A stretch of DNA of 64,000 nt from a virus (IMGVR_UViG_3300019487_000004:1-64000); one strand, 5' to 3'. Shown: positions 31,590 to 40,731, counted from the first letter of the stretch. The notes: generated from the sequence alone by a model not told the origin. A program made the numbers and translations.

Positions 31590-31950
31590 GTAACGTCGAC
31601 GGAAAAACCTTGGATTGCCGCGCAGAGCCGCGGTGTGCCGTACAAGGCAAGGCATAGCCTGACGTTGCAGGGCACTGCGTAGCCTTACATCGCTACACGT
31701 AGCGACGCGGTGCCGGGTAGAAACGATAGAGGTGACCTTGGATCGCAGCGCGCTGCTTGGCCTCGCGCCGCCATGCTCAGGTCAGCTCGGCTTGGCCTAG
31801 CATTGCTATGCGCCGCATCGCCGTGCATCGCGAAGCGACACCCAGCGCTACGTAGCCTTGCGGCTAGAAAACGGTTGGAAGAAAACCTTGGTATGGGACG
31901 CCGTGCATTGCAGTACGACGCGTAGCGACGCGTTGCACCGCGCTGGCACG
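31590..31950. repeat. intergenic repeat array R1 (3 units)
   Basis: Units begin GAAAAACCTTGGAT (31604), GGTGACCTTGGAT (31735) and GAAAACCTTGGTA (31880), each followed by GCnnTGC(C)/TAGCC words. Confidence 0.6.
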
Positions 31951-31954
31951 CCGG

Positions 31955-32776
31955 TTACTTGTCTTGGCGCCGCTCGCCAGCGACGGCGGCGGCACCGAGC
32001 AATGCGAGAAAGAGCGTTACGCCAATCGCGCCCTTCTTGATCGGAGGAAGCTGATCGAACGCGTTGAACCACTGCTTCGGGCTCCACCACGGGCCGATGG
32101 TGATCGGCGGCAGCATCGAGTCGGGCACCTTCACCTGCGTGCCCGCGCTCGGTGGCGGCGTGCTCGCGCTCGGTGGCGGCGTTCCCGAACCGTCCGGCAT
32201 GTAGCCCGGAGGCGGCTGCCAGGGTGGCGTCTCAGGCACCGGAGGCGGTAGCTCGGCCTCGTGCGGCACCGGCACGTAGGTGCCGTTGCTATCGAACGCG
32301 CCTTGGCCGTTGGGGCACATCGTGCCCGCAGGTACAGTACCCCCACCCGGGCACTGGAACATCTGTACCGTCGGCGACTCGGGCACAGGCGTCGGCAGCG
32401 GCGTGATGTCGATCGGCAGTGGGTCATCGGTCTTGACCGTGATGACCGTGCCCGGATCGTTGCGCGGCCCTGTGCCCTGGTCGGAGCGCGGACCCGGATC
32501 AACGATGATGATCGGCGGCGTCTCGTACGTCGGCTTCATCTCTTCTGGGACGAAGACGTTCTTGACGTTCTCCCAGATCGTCGACCGCGGCGGAACCACG
32601 ACCGGCGGCAGCGGCTGCGGCTGCGATGGCGGGGGCGGCGGCGTGTACGGCACCTCAACAGAGGGTGCCGACGTCGCGTTCCACGTCGTCTCGATCGATT
32701 TGACCGGCTGCAGAATCGTCCGCGAGCCCGGCGTATTTGCGGTGGAGATTCGGCCGAGGCCGCGGAGGAAGAGCAT
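31955..32776 (-). CDS. Pro-rich protein with C-terminal TM anchor
   Basis: Track ORF. PPPP/PxP tracts and a C-terminal hydrophobic helix plus basic tail. Confidence 0.55.
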   Translation of the reverse strand: MLFLRGLGRISTANTPGSRTILQPVKSIETTWNATSAPSVEVPYTPPPPPSQPQPLPPVVVPPRSTIWENVKNVFVPEEMKPTYETPPIIIVDPGPRSDQGTGPRNDPGTVITVKTDDPLPIDITPLPTPVPESPTVQMFQCPGGGTVPAGTMCPNGQGAFDSNGTYVPVPHEAELPPPVPETPPWQPPPGYMPDGSGTPPPSASTPPPSAGTQVKVPDSMLPPITIGPWWSPKQWFNAFDQLPPIKKGAIGVTLFLALLGAAAVAGERRQDK

Positions 32777-32794
32777 GCCCTCAGGCTACCAGAG

Positions 32795-33050
32795 TTAATT
32801 GAGGTCTTCGGGGGCGATGTTGTCGGGCTTGACGTCGCGGTCGCCGAAATTGGCGTCCCAATTCGCGGCATAGGATGGACTCCAGCCGACGGTGGCGCCC
32901 TTCGCGTCGACGACGCGGGTCCCGTGCTCGCCACGCTGAATCGTGACGTCCTCGACGCTGACCTGCGTGGATGTGCTTGTGGTCCTCGCCGGACTCGCAG
33001 TCCTCGACGCGGTACTTGATCAGCTTGCCGGGCTCTTCCTTCACCGCCAT
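32795..33050 (-). pseudogene. small ORF interrupted by an apparent 1-nt frame change
   Basis: ATG 33050 opens 28 good codons (MAVKEEPGKLIKYRVEDCESGEDHKHIH). High-GC3 protein-like coding then continues in the +1 frame (QVSVEDVTIQRGEHG...PEDLN, stop at 32795), which has no start codon of its own. Confidence 0.35.
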
Positions 33051-33580
33051 TTGCCTTCTCGAATCGCCTGAGCCGCCAGCGTAGCGTCGATCGGCTCGTT
33101 GCCGTAGCCCAAGATCCACTTCGCGATGCGTTCCGGGATGTTGGGCTCTTCGTCCGGTGGATGCTTCGCGATCCAGCCGGTGAGGCCGCACGCACAGTCG
33201 CCGTCGATCTCCTCAGCGTTGCAGCTGGACCGATGCGTTCCGTACTTCACGAGCGCACGCTGCAGATCGTAGAAGAGCCGCCGCGTACGGTGCAGCGTTG
33301 CGTGGAGGTCATCCTGCTCGTCGCGGTACGCGCTGATCGCCGTGTTGCGCTGGATGATGATGCCGAGGAGATAGTCCTCGTAGGCCGTGTGAGGGCGCAT
33401 GATCACTTGGCCACGCAGGTCGCGACGATCCAGATCGCACGTGTGCTTCTCACTATCGAGTGCGAAGCCCGAGAAGAAGATGCCGGCGCAGCGCCCGCAT
33501 TCGAGATCGACGCCGACGTTGGCGCAGGCACGCTTCAGCTCGGAGTACGTGAGCGGGCCTGGTGTGGTGTCATCGGCCAT
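33041..33580 (-). CDS. hypothetical protein (179 aa)
   Basis: Track ORF. Confidence 0.55.
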   Translation of the reverse strand: MADDTTPGPLTYSELKRACANVGVDLECGRCAGIFFSGFALDSEKHTCDLDRRDLRGQVIMRPHTAYEDYLLGIIIQRNTAISAYRDEQDDLHATLHRTRRLFYDLQRALVKYGTHRSSCNAEEIDGDCACGLTGWIAKHPPDEEPNIPERIAKWILGYGNEPIDATLAAQAIREGKWR

Positions 33581-33776
33581 GACGCGTTCGCTCCAGCCTG
33601 AGACGTAGCCACGTCTCGACGTTGTTGTGCTCGGCGAAGCGCTCGGCGGCCGTCACGGCGCGTGTCTTCGAGGCGTTGCCGCGCGGATTGCGGATGATAT
33701 CGACGCGGGTGCCGGTTCCACCGTTGCACGGGAACGCAGCGATGACGTCGTAACAGATGCGATGCTCTCGGGCCAC
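33570..33776 (-). CDS. hypothetical protein (68 aa)
   Basis: GTG start 3 nt after GAGGAGGG; trimmed from ORF 33570..33830. Confidence 0.45.
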   Translation of the reverse strand: MAREHRICYDVIAAFPCNGGTGTRVDIIRNPRGNASKTRAVTAAERFAEHNNVETWLRLRLERTRHGR

Positions 33777-33787
33777 GATCCCTCCTC

Positions 33788-33888
33788 GACGAAAAACCTT
33801 GCAGTGGAGTGCGATGCCGCGCGATGCCACGCATCACGTCGGGACGCAATGCCCAGCTTCGCGTAGCCACGCGTGGGCCCGCCGTGAG
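33788..33888. repeat. intergenic repeat unit R2
   Basis: GACGAAAAACCTTGCAGTGGAGTGC followed by GCGATGCC x2, GCAATGCC and GTAGCC. Confidence 0.55.
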
Positions 33889-34173
33889 CTAAACGATGTT
33901 CTTCCGTCGAGCGTGCTGCAGCTTGATGATCGTCTGGCTGAGCACCTGGTCGTAGACCTTCTGCACGGCCTTGTTCACCACGCCGCGCAGGTGCCACACC
34001 GCAGTCGACAGCTCGGCCGCGTGCGGAAACTCGGGCTTCTTGCTCTTCCTGCCCGCGGCTGCCGCTGCGAATGCATCGTCGATCGCGGCCTTCGCCTTCG
34101 TCGCGATCTCATCGCGCGTCATCGGCTTGGTCTTGGGCGCCTTCGCCTTCGTCTTCTTTTTCTTCGTCGCCAT
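33889..34173 (-). CDS. basic protein (MATKKKKTKAKAPK...)
   Basis: Track ORF; Lys/Ala-rich N-terminus. Confidence 0.55.
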   Translation of the reverse strand: MATKKKKTKAKAPKTKPMTRDEIATKAKAAIDDAFAAAAAGRKSKKPEFPHAAELSTAVWHLRGVVNKAVQKVYDQVLSQTIIKLQHARRKNIV

Positions 34174-34176
34174 GAT

Positions 34177-34458
34177 TCACCTCGCCTTCACCCAGGGCAT
34201 GTCTTGTTCGAGCTTGAGCACTCGAACGTTCAGCTGTTCGATCTGGTCGCGGACGCGTTCCTCGAACGGTGGCCTAGGCACTTCGTGCGCCTCGTGTAGC
34301 GACATGATCGTCTCGCGTAGTGTGAGGATCTTCGTGCACGCATTTCGATATGCATGGCTGAGGATCTCGTGCGCGTTGGCGAGCCGCAGGATCTGGCTCT
34401 GTAGCTCGTGTGGCGTGTTCGCGCGTTCGAGCGCGACGAGTAACTCGCGGTACGTCAC
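34177..34458 (-). CDS. hypothetical protein (93 aa)
   Basis: Track ORF. Confidence 0.55.
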   Translation of the reverse strand: MTYRELLVALERANTPHELQSQILRLANAHEILSHAYRNACTKILTLRETIMSLHEAHEVPRPPFEERVRDQIEQLNVRVLKLEQDMPWVKAR

Positions 34459-34604
34459 GCTGCTTTGCCTTTCGCGGTGCGTCGCTTGCGCTTCGGTTTT
34501 GGTTTCCGTTTCGGCTTGGGCTTGAGGTCTTCATACAGCTCGCGTTGACGCTGCAGCCACGCTTGCGCGTCTGTGCCATAGAGGCGAATCGTTCGACGAC
34601 GCAT
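34455..34604 (-). CDS. small basic protein with (KP)n/KRK tail
   Basis: Start trimmed to the ATG overlapping the integrase stop (ATGA). Confidence 0.45.
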   Translation of the reverse strand: MRRRTIRLYGTDAQAWLQRQRELYEDLKPKPKRKPKPKRKRRTAKGKAA

Positions 34605-35587
34605 CAGAGTCCTCCGAGGAGCTTGTCGACGAGCGCAGCAAGCCACTCGGGTGTCGAGTTGCGTGCAGTCTCGCCAGCTAGTTCGAGATCGAGGTAGCCC
34701 CCCATTGCGCCCCAGCTCTGGCCCTTCTCGTCCTTGCTAGGGCGATGGCCGGTGATCGATGCGATCTGCACCGACGAGAGCCCGGTGGCCTCACGCCACG
34801 AAATGAACGTGTGGCGCAAGAGGTGGGGATGCATGTGATCGAGCCCAGCGGCGCTCGCGCGACCGGTCATGATCTTGTTGATCATTGGTAGCGAGAGCCC
34901 GTCGCGGGGTGTCCACACGATGTCGCCCTTCGGACCAATGCGCTTGTCGAGGCGTGGGAACACAGCACCCTTCATGTGCTTGTTCTTCGTGAGCCACTTG
35001 CGCCAGTGCGCGATCGTCGCGACGCAGAGGTCCGAGAGCGGCACGGGATACTTCACGACGCCGCCAGGGCCTTTGATCGGCACGACGGCGATCGGGTAGT
35101 GGTGGCGTTGATGCGTACCAAGCCCTTCGATGTCCATGCCGGCAAGTGACTTGCGGCGCATGCCTGTCTCAAGACCGATGATCATCATGACGAGGTCTCG
35201 ATGATCGAGCGGTGTCAGTGGAGGCGCAGCGCACGTACGCAGCAACGTCTCGACCTCGGGCTGCAGCAATGCGTGGCGCGTCTTCTGGCTGTGAACATCC
35301 GCGCGAGTCTGCACGACCGCGAAGTCCAGGTTCGGGTCGCCCATTCGCACCGCGTACCACTTCGAGACGTAACGCAGGTTCGAGACGTAGACGTTTGCAG
35401 TGATGACCTTGACGCCGCTCGCGAGGCACTTGTCATAGAACTTCTGCGCCGCGACGCGCGTCCAGCCCTTGGGATCCTCGCCAGCAAACTCGATCCAGCG
35501 ATCGATCGTCCGACTGTAGGCCTCTCGCGTCTTCGGCGAGAACCCCGAGCGTTCGAGGATGTCGTGGAGGATGTTGGGCTCGCTCAT
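34604..35587 (-). CDS. int: tyrosine recombinase / phage integrase
   Basis: C-terminal HPHLLRHTF...GH catalytic-box pattern and an N-terminal SAM-like core-binding region. Confidence 0.85.
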   Translation of the reverse strand: MSEPNILHDILERSGFSPKTREAYSRTIDRWIEFAGEDPKGWTRVAAQKFYDKCLASGVKVITANVYVSNLRYVSKWYAVRMGDPNLDFAVVQTRADVHSQKTRHALLQPEVETLLRTCAAPPLTPLDHRDLVMMIIGLETGMRRKSLAGMDIEGLGTHQRHHYPIAVVPIKGPGGVVKYPVPLSDLCVATIAHWRKWLTKNKHMKGAVFPRLDKRIGPKGDIVWTPRDGLSLPMINKIMTGRASAAGLDHMHPHLLRHTFISWREATGLSSVQIASITGHRPSKDEKGQSWGAMGGYLDLELAGETARNSTPEWLAALVDKLLGGL

Positions 35588-35602
35588 TCGTGCAGCCTAC
35601 GG

Positions 35603-35839
35603 CTAGCGCCTGACACGTGCGAGATAGACACGCTCGAACGCGCTGCGCCTGTGGGCACTGACGGGATGGCCCTCGACGCGGCTGACGCGTAGCTCGAAGT
35701 CGCCGTTGCTGAGGCGCTCCATGCGGCGCTGTACGCTTTCGAGCATCTTGCGCAGTCGCGTGTGAAATTCGCGGCGCTGCTTATCGGAGGCGGTCGGGTT
35801 GGGCGCGGGCGCGGGTTTCTTCGCGGGCTTCGGGCTCAC
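35603..35839 (-). CDS. hypothetical protein (78 aa)
   Basis: Track ORF. Confidence 0.5.
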   Translation of the reverse strand: MSPKPAKKPAPAPNPTASDKQRREFHTRLRKMLESVQRRMERLSNGDFELRVSRVEGHPVSAHRRSAFERVYLARVRR

Positions 35840-36219
35840 AGCGTGATCTTCCCGCTGACCTCGGAGGTCTGCCGCACCGAGTACTCGATGTTGGTGTTGC
35901 CGTCCTTCGTCGTCGTCAGTGTGAATGCGGTGAGGTCTGGCATCGCCGCGCGAATCACTTCGGCGACCTCCGCGAGCTGTTGCTTGAGGAACGTTTCCAT
36001 CGGCGAGGCCTTCGGGAGGCGTGGCTTCACGCGCGTGGCTCGCACGACCTTCGCTGCGACGGTAGCGACGCCCTTGGCGGCTTCGACCAAGCGGTAGGCG
36101 CTGCCGTTCGAGATCTTCAGCTTGTGTTGGATCTGCGTTGCCGATGCGCCACGGCGGGCGAGTGCGATGCCGCGCGCCTTGAGCGCAGCCGGGAGCCGTT
36201 TGCGAGGTGCACGTTTCAT
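35836..36219 (-). CDS. HTH DNA-binding protein (tentative)
   Basis: N-terminal ARRGASATQIQHKLKISNGSAYRLV resembles resolvase/terminase-small-type HTH. Confidence 0.5.
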   Translation of the reverse strand: MKRAPRKRLPAALKARGIALARRGASATQIQHKLKISNGSAYRLVEAAKGVATVAAKVVRATRVKPRLPKASPMETFLKQQLAEVAEVIRAAMPDLTAFTLTTTKDGNTNIEYSVRQTSEVSGKITL

Positions 36220-36485
36220 GAGTCGATCCTGTTCGGGTGACGGGTTGCGAGATCCGCGTCGATCGCGCGGGCGATGCGTTCAGCGGCCGTACGGCGTTGT
36301 TCCGCCGAGCCGTAGCTGCAGCATCGTGTGCAGCCGGAAGACGAAAGCGGGATGCAGCACGTGCAGCGGTCGTGGCACGGCGTCACGTAGCGACATGGGC
36401 ACGCGCGTGGCGTGCAGAGATCGCACTCCTGGCCCTCGAAGTCGAGACCATGCAGCCCAGCGCGGCAGAAGCCATCCCAGGCCAC
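36216..36485 (-). CDS. Cys-rich hypothetical protein (89 aa)
   Basis: Track ORF; 14 Cys. Confidence 0.5.
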   Translation of the reverse strand: MAWDGFCRAGLHGLDFEGQECDLCTPRACPCRYVTPCHDRCTCCIPLSSSGCTRCCSYGSAEQRRTAAERIARAIDADLATRHPNRIDS

Positions 36486-36703
36486 TAGCCGCCTCCCACG
36501 GGCGCGAGCGCCTCGAAGTGCAGCTCGTCGTCAGGACTCGGCAAGCACTCGCGCAGCACAGCGGCACGCCAGAAGGCTTCACCGAGAAACACGGTGTGCG
36601 TGCTGAGCCAGAAGCGGCACGTGTCCGCCGAGTCGAGCGTGTGCCCGAGCAGCAGATCGGCGACGCCGAGCGGTGGCATCTTCGGGAACGACGCGACGGT
36701 CAT
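36485..36703 (-). CDS. hypothetical protein (72 aa)
   Basis: Track ORF; overlaps neighbours. Confidence 0.5.
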   Translation of the reverse strand: MTVASFPKMPPLGVADLLLGHTLDSADTCRFWLSTHTVFLGEAFWRAAVLRECLPSPDDELHFEALAPVGGG

Positions 36704-37050
36704 GGCTGCCTTAGCTTCCTGATCGCGTCGACGAGCAAGAACACTTCGAGGCCTGTCAGGTCATCGAGCCAAAACAGATCCTCGAAGGCGAATTTGCCAG
36801 TGCGCGAGTCGGGCTTGAATCGGATGTTGGTGTTCTCGTCGAATTCGAACGAGAGCACACCCGTGCCGTAGCCGTTTCGGATGTGGCGCACGCCGAGCTT
36901 CGCGAGGACCTCGCCCGCGAGCGCGTCAGCCATCTTGCCGCTGGCCGGGTCGCAATGATGGGCCGAGTCCACGCCGTTGATTCGGATCTTGGTCCAGCCG
37001 CACTCGGTGCAGAGCACCAAATTGGATCCGGCGCCGCTCACGACAGCCAC
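36700..37050 (-). CDS. hypothetical protein (116 aa)
   Basis: Track ORF; first gene of a minus-strand run after a 278-nt gap. Confidence 0.55.
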   Translation of the reverse strand: MAVVSGAGSNLVLCTECGWTKIRINGVDSAHHCDPASGKMADALAGEVLAKLGVRHIRNGYGTGVLSFEFDENTNIRFKPDSRTGKFAFEDLFWLDDLTGLEVFLLVDAIRKLRQP

Positions 37051-37105
37051 CTTGCTTGTGGACTACTCATCTCTACGTTCCTCCGCGCATAAGCCGTTAG
37101 GCCGC

Positions 37106-37121
37106 GTATAACATGTTATAC
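37106..37121. promoter_or_regulatory. perfect 16-bp palindrome GTATAACATGTTATAC (operator candidate)
   Basis: Lies in the AT-richer divergent intergenic region between 36700..37050 (-) and 37329..37562 (+). Confidence 0.5.
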
Positions 37122-37328
37122 TTCGGTAACATCACCGTTCCAAAATGTCAACCAAACCGCTCTGAGCAAGCTCGACGTCGACCGCGATCTCAAGCCGGCG
37201 AACATGCGCCGACGGAAATTCTTCCGGTAAACGCCCGGTCATTTGCCCGCGACTCGGAAGAGAAACGAGCGCCTCGCTGATCGAGCTGCTTCGCCCTGCC
37301 ACGCACTGCGACGAGGTAGGCTGATGGC

Positions 37329-37562
37329 ATGAGCAAGCGCAGGAACAAGATGCCGTGGTGCATCTTCTCGATCAAGGGCCGCAAGAAGTCACTACAGCGC
37401 TGCACGGGCAGCAACAAGCGGCTCGCGCAAAGCATTCGAAAAGACGGCGCCAAGAAGCATCCGAAGGCCGGGCGCTGGGTCGTGCGCCGCGCAACGAAGG
37501 CCGATGTCTTGAAGTTCGGGATCGGAATCCCGCCGGGGCAGCTCTACAAGCGCAAGAAGTAG
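37329..37562 (+). CDS. small basic protein ending LYKRKK
   Basis: Track ORF; one of only two plus-strand genes inside the minus block. Confidence 0.5.
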   Translation: MSKRRNKMPWCIFSIKGRKKSLQRCTGSNKRLAQSIRKDGAKKHPKAGRWVVRRATKADVLKFGIGIPPGQLYKRKK

Positions 37563-37688
37563 AAACCTTGGATCGCCACGCGGCGCCGCGCGCAGCACCG
37601 CCGAGCTAAGCCTTGCCTAGCTGCGCACTGCGATGCGCTGCTCAACTTCGCGCTGCTCATGCTCCGCACTGCGGCGCAAAACGTCGCG
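37563..37688. repeat. intergenic repeat unit R3
   Basis: Starts AGAAACCTTGGATCGCC right after the stop codon. GCCTTGCC, GCACTGCG and GCGATGCG words. Confidence 0.5.
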
Positions 37689-37922
37689 TCACGCTGCAGG
37701 GCTAAGATCGAACTCGGGCAAGTGCTCCTCTGCGTCGAAGCAGAGCTTGTTGTTGTCGTGACGACATCGCGCGTAGCCACGGCCGTCGCCGGGTTTGCGT
37801 AGTCGCGCGATGTGTTGCGCCAGCTTGTCTGCGACGGACCAGCTCACTTCGAGCTTGAGGTCGGTGCCATCGACTTGAACCGAGTAGCCAGCGCCCGATC
37901 GGATGATGAAGATGCCGCGCAT
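37689..37922 (-). CDS. hypothetical protein (77 aa)
   Basis: Trimmed start overlapping the upstream stop. Confidence 0.5.
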   Translation of the reverse strand: MRGIFIIRSGAGYSVQVDGTDLKLEVSWSVADKLAQHIARLRKPGDGRGYARCRHDNNKLCFDAEEHLPEFDLSPAA

Positions 37923-38185
37923 CACACGCGCCGCGCTTCGAGCCCGACGAGGGGCAGCTTGCACGGAACGCCGTGGTAGTCGATCTGCGCGAATGCTCGC
38001 GACGACAACGCTTCGAACGTGTGACCGTGATCGTTGACGCTCACCGTCTTGCGCTCGACGATGCATTCGACGTGTTGCTCGTGCCCGTCGGGGAATCGCA
38101 CGAGCAGTGGTTCGCCGTGCTTCAGGTCGCCGCCGTTGAGGCGATCAATCCAGCACCAATTCGAGTAGCACTCGATCTTGTTCAT
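37922..38185 (-). CDS. hypothetical protein (87 aa)
   Basis: Start trimmed to the ATG after AAGGAG. Confidence 0.55.
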   Translation of the reverse strand: MNKIECYSNWCWIDRLNGGDLKHGEPLLVRFPDGHEQHVECIVERKTVSVNDHGHTFEALSSRAFAQIDYHGVPCKLPLVGLEARRV

Positions 38186-38254
38186 GAACAACTCCTTGGA
38201 AAGGCACACAGCGCGGGGCATCACGTAGCAATGCAAATCCCTGCTAAGGCCTAC

Positions 38255-38599
38255 TCAGCCATGCGTAACGTTGCCCAGCCCCGCGTCGCTCGGCGGCGCG
38301 TCGCTAGGTGAATCGAATAGAGGCAGCTCGAACGCTCGGTATCCATCGCCCCGTTTATCGAAGAGGCCGAAGATCGAACCGTAGCCGTTGAGCTTGGCGC
38401 GCTCGGCTGCGCATACGGTCCCACTGAGCGTGGTAGTCGCGTTCGGCTCCTGCTTGACGAAGCCCATCGCAATCGCACGCACGTTGCCGATTGCGCCCTC
38501 GATGTCTGTCGCGAACACATGGAAGGTAGGAATGCCCGTCGCAGACGAGCGCTTCCCGCACCGGGTGATGACCTGCAACTGAACTTGCCAACACTGCAT
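38255..38599 (-). CDS. hypothetical protein (114 aa)
   Basis: Trimmed start; divergent from the MTase gene. Confidence 0.45.
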   Translation of the reverse strand: MQCWQVQLQVITRCGKRSSATGIPTFHVFATDIEGAIGNVRAIAMGFVKQEPNATTTLSGTVCAAERAKLNGYGSIFGLFDKRGDGYRAFELPLFDSPSDAPPSDAGLGNVTHG

Positions 38600-38652
38600 A
38601 CGTCCAACCCCTTTTCCAACGAACTTACCGCAGCTCGATCTATGCTGCGTCT

Positions 38653-39366
38653 GTGACCGCACAGCGCATCGAACTCGCGTTCGCCGCGAATGAAATTGCG
38701 CCGTTTGCACGAGACGACGAGCGACGTGCGCTCATCGATGCACTGAAACTCGGAACCTCAGAAGCGATCTTGGAAGTCGGTGGCTGGGACGGCTATCTCA
38801 CAGCCGCCATCCCAGACGCGAAGCTAACGATTGTTGAACGCCTTTCGATCGTCGTCGAAGAGCTACGCAAGCGCGTCAACGTACGCGTTGTAGAGGGGCG
38901 GCAGGAAGCCCTGCCGTTCCACAGCGAGACGTTCGATCGCGTGGCGTCGCTCGTGAGCCTGCACCACATCCCGATCCTGGGCTTCCTCCGTGAAGCTGCA
39001 CGAGTGCTGCGTCCCGGCGGACGCCTCGCAATCGTGGAGGTGCCCGCGCGATCGACCGTCGCGGTGTTCCTCGATACACAGGTTGCCAAGCTGTGCCGAC
39101 GTGGTCATCGCGGTGTGTACTTCGCGCCCGATCGATGGCGTCACGAACTGACGAGCCTCGGGTTTCACGACGTCCATGTCGAGGTACGCGACCTCCGCTG
39201 GCGCTTCGAATCCATGACACAAGCGATTGGTTACTGCCGCGCCGTGTTCGGACTCGATGCCGAAGACGCTGACGTCCTCGCCGCGATTCAAACGCTGCAA
39301 CCGACGACGGTAAATGACGTCGTGTCGTGGACGTGGCCACTCGTCGTGATCAGCGGTGTGAAATAA
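38653..39366 (+). CDS. class I SAM-dependent methyltransferase
   Basis: ILEVGGWDGYLT (motif I), acidic motif II and LRPGGRLAIVE (post-I/III) are typical of the Methyltransf_11/25 type. Confidence 0.7.
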   Translation: MTAQRIELAFAANEIAPFARDDERRALIDALKLGTSEAILEVGGWDGYLTAAIPDAKLTIVERLSIVVEELRKRVNVRVVEGRQEALPFHSETFDRVASLVSLHHIPILGFLREAARVLRPGGRLAIVEVPARSTVAVFLDTQVAKLCRRGHRGVYFAPDRWRHELTSLGFHDVHVEVRDLRWRFESMTQAIGYCRAVFGLDAEDADVLAAIQTLQPTTVNDVVSWTWPLVVISGVK

Positions 39367-39646
39367 CCTTGCCTTGCCTCGCCGGGCCACACGACGCTTC
39401 GCCATACGCAGCGATGCGCAGCGAAGCCGGGCGCCACGACGCGCAGGCACACGCAGCCACGTAGAAAACGAAAGACCTTGCCTTGCGCTACGTCACCGCA
39501 CGACGCAGTGCCTTACCAGGCATAGCCTTGCCACGCGCCGCCCCACGATGCTGGACGGTACCTCGCGCAGCAGTGCCTTACTCTGCGGCACCGAGCGGTG
39601 TAGAAAACTTTGGCTCGCGATGCGCGGCGCGTAGCCCCGACAAAAG
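39367..39646. repeat. intergenic repeat array R4 (about 3 units)
   Basis: Units start AAATAACCTTGCCTTGCC (39366), GAAAGACCTTGCCTTGCG (39470) and GAAAACTTTGGCTCGCG (39600). Confidence 0.55.
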
Positions 39647-40282
39647 CTAGGCAGCCTTCGTCGACTTCTTGTCGTCGCCGACCTTCGTCTTCTGCACTTC
39701 CCAGTGCGCGACGTTGAAGCGACCGAACGGGCCCTTACGCGCGGGCCTGAAGTCACCAAGGCCGATCTTCGAGCCCATATCGTCGACGAGCAGACGCACG
39801 ATCGCCTCGTCGAACATCTTCTCGTCCACGTTGAGCGTGAACTTGAGCGCCCACACGTCGAAGCGCGGGCGATGACACATCACGCGGCCACCCGTCGACG
39901 GAATCACGACCGAGCGCGAGTCGACCTCCCACTGCAGATCCTTCACGTCCTTGTCGAACGGATGGAAGAGCGGACACTCCATCTCGTCGACCATGATGCC
40001 GGCGGGGATCAGCGACGACTTGCCCGTCGTGATCTGCTTGCGGCCTGCCTTGTGGAACACGCCCGCAGCAACGAGCGCTGCGAAGATGTTCGGGCCGGGG
40101 ATCATCGGCTTCTTGTCACTCGACAAGTACAGCTTGGGCGTCGCCTGCTCACGCGGCGTGCCCTTGTTGCTGACGGTGATCGCACTCGACGAGCCGGCGC
40201 TGATCTTCGCCGCTGCTTCGTCGGTGAAACGATTCATCATGATCGGGGCAGCGGACTGGATGGTGACTTTGATCTGGTACAT
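39647..40282 (-). CDS. hypothetical protein with C-terminal Gly-rich loop (GLGDFRPARKGPFGRF)
   Basis: Start trimmed to the ATG after AGAGGAA. The G-x-G...G-x-F-G-R-F ending is reminiscent of RAMP-type G-loops. Very tentative. Confidence 0.55.
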   Translation of the reverse strand: MYQIKVTIQSAAPIMMNRFTDEAAAKISAGSSSAITVSNKGTPREQATPKLYLSSDKKPMIPGPNIFAALVAAGVFHKAGRKQITTGKSSLIPAGIMVDEMECPLFHPFDKDVKDLQWEVDSRSVVIPSTGGRVMCHRPRFDVWALKFTLNVDEKMFDEAIVRLLVDDMGSKIGLGDFRPARKGPFGRFNVAHWEVQKTKVGDDKKSTKAA

Positions 40283-40327
40283 GTGACTGGTTCCTCTTTG
40301 CCTTGAAGCTAGTAGCGAAATGACCAC

Positions 40328-40731
40328 CGAAGATGGTTGCGTCGCGCGCTACTGAGACGCGACGCGAAAATGTGATCGCGAAAAAACCTTGCGTTGGAGC
40401 GCCTCGCGTGGCGCAGCGCAGCTTTGCCTCGCCTGGCGCAGGACTACCAAGCGCCGCAGGGCCGCGATGAAAATGATGAAAACCTTGGAGCGGAGTGCGT
40501 CGCAGTTCGACACACTGCCAAACCACGCAATGCCCCACTTCGCATTGCAACGCCTTGCAAGACCGGGCCTCGCTCGACCTGGCCTAGCGTCGCGATGCGG
40601 CGAGAAAATGATGAAAAACCTTGGAGTGCCGCGCGGGACAACACATTGCCTCGCTTGGCTTCGCCGGGCGACGCCCTACAGGGCGCAGCGTTGCGACGCC
40701 TCGCGCAGCCAAGCGATGCCTGACGGCGCCG
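40328..40731. repeat. intergenic repeat array R5 (3 tandem units of ~95-130 nt)
   Basis: GAAAAAACCTTGCGTTGGAGCGCC (40381), GAAAATGATGAAAACCTTGGAGCGGAGTGC (40470) and GAAAATGATGAAAAACCTTGGAGTGCC (40597). Confidence 0.6.

Noticed and set aside
34604-35587. An attP/attachment core or tRNA-derived att site next to the integrase, and the integrase as marking the element border.
   Set aside because: I found no direct repeat or tRNA fragment flanking it. Phage-like, co-directional genes continue on both sides, so the window gives no evidence for an element boundary here.
40328-40731. Possible CRISPR array (tandem repeats in an intergenic region).
   Set aside because: The units are ~95-130 nt, irregular, and only share an AT-rich box plus short GC words. 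There is no 25-40-nt constant repeat alternating with unique spacers, and no cas genes in the window.
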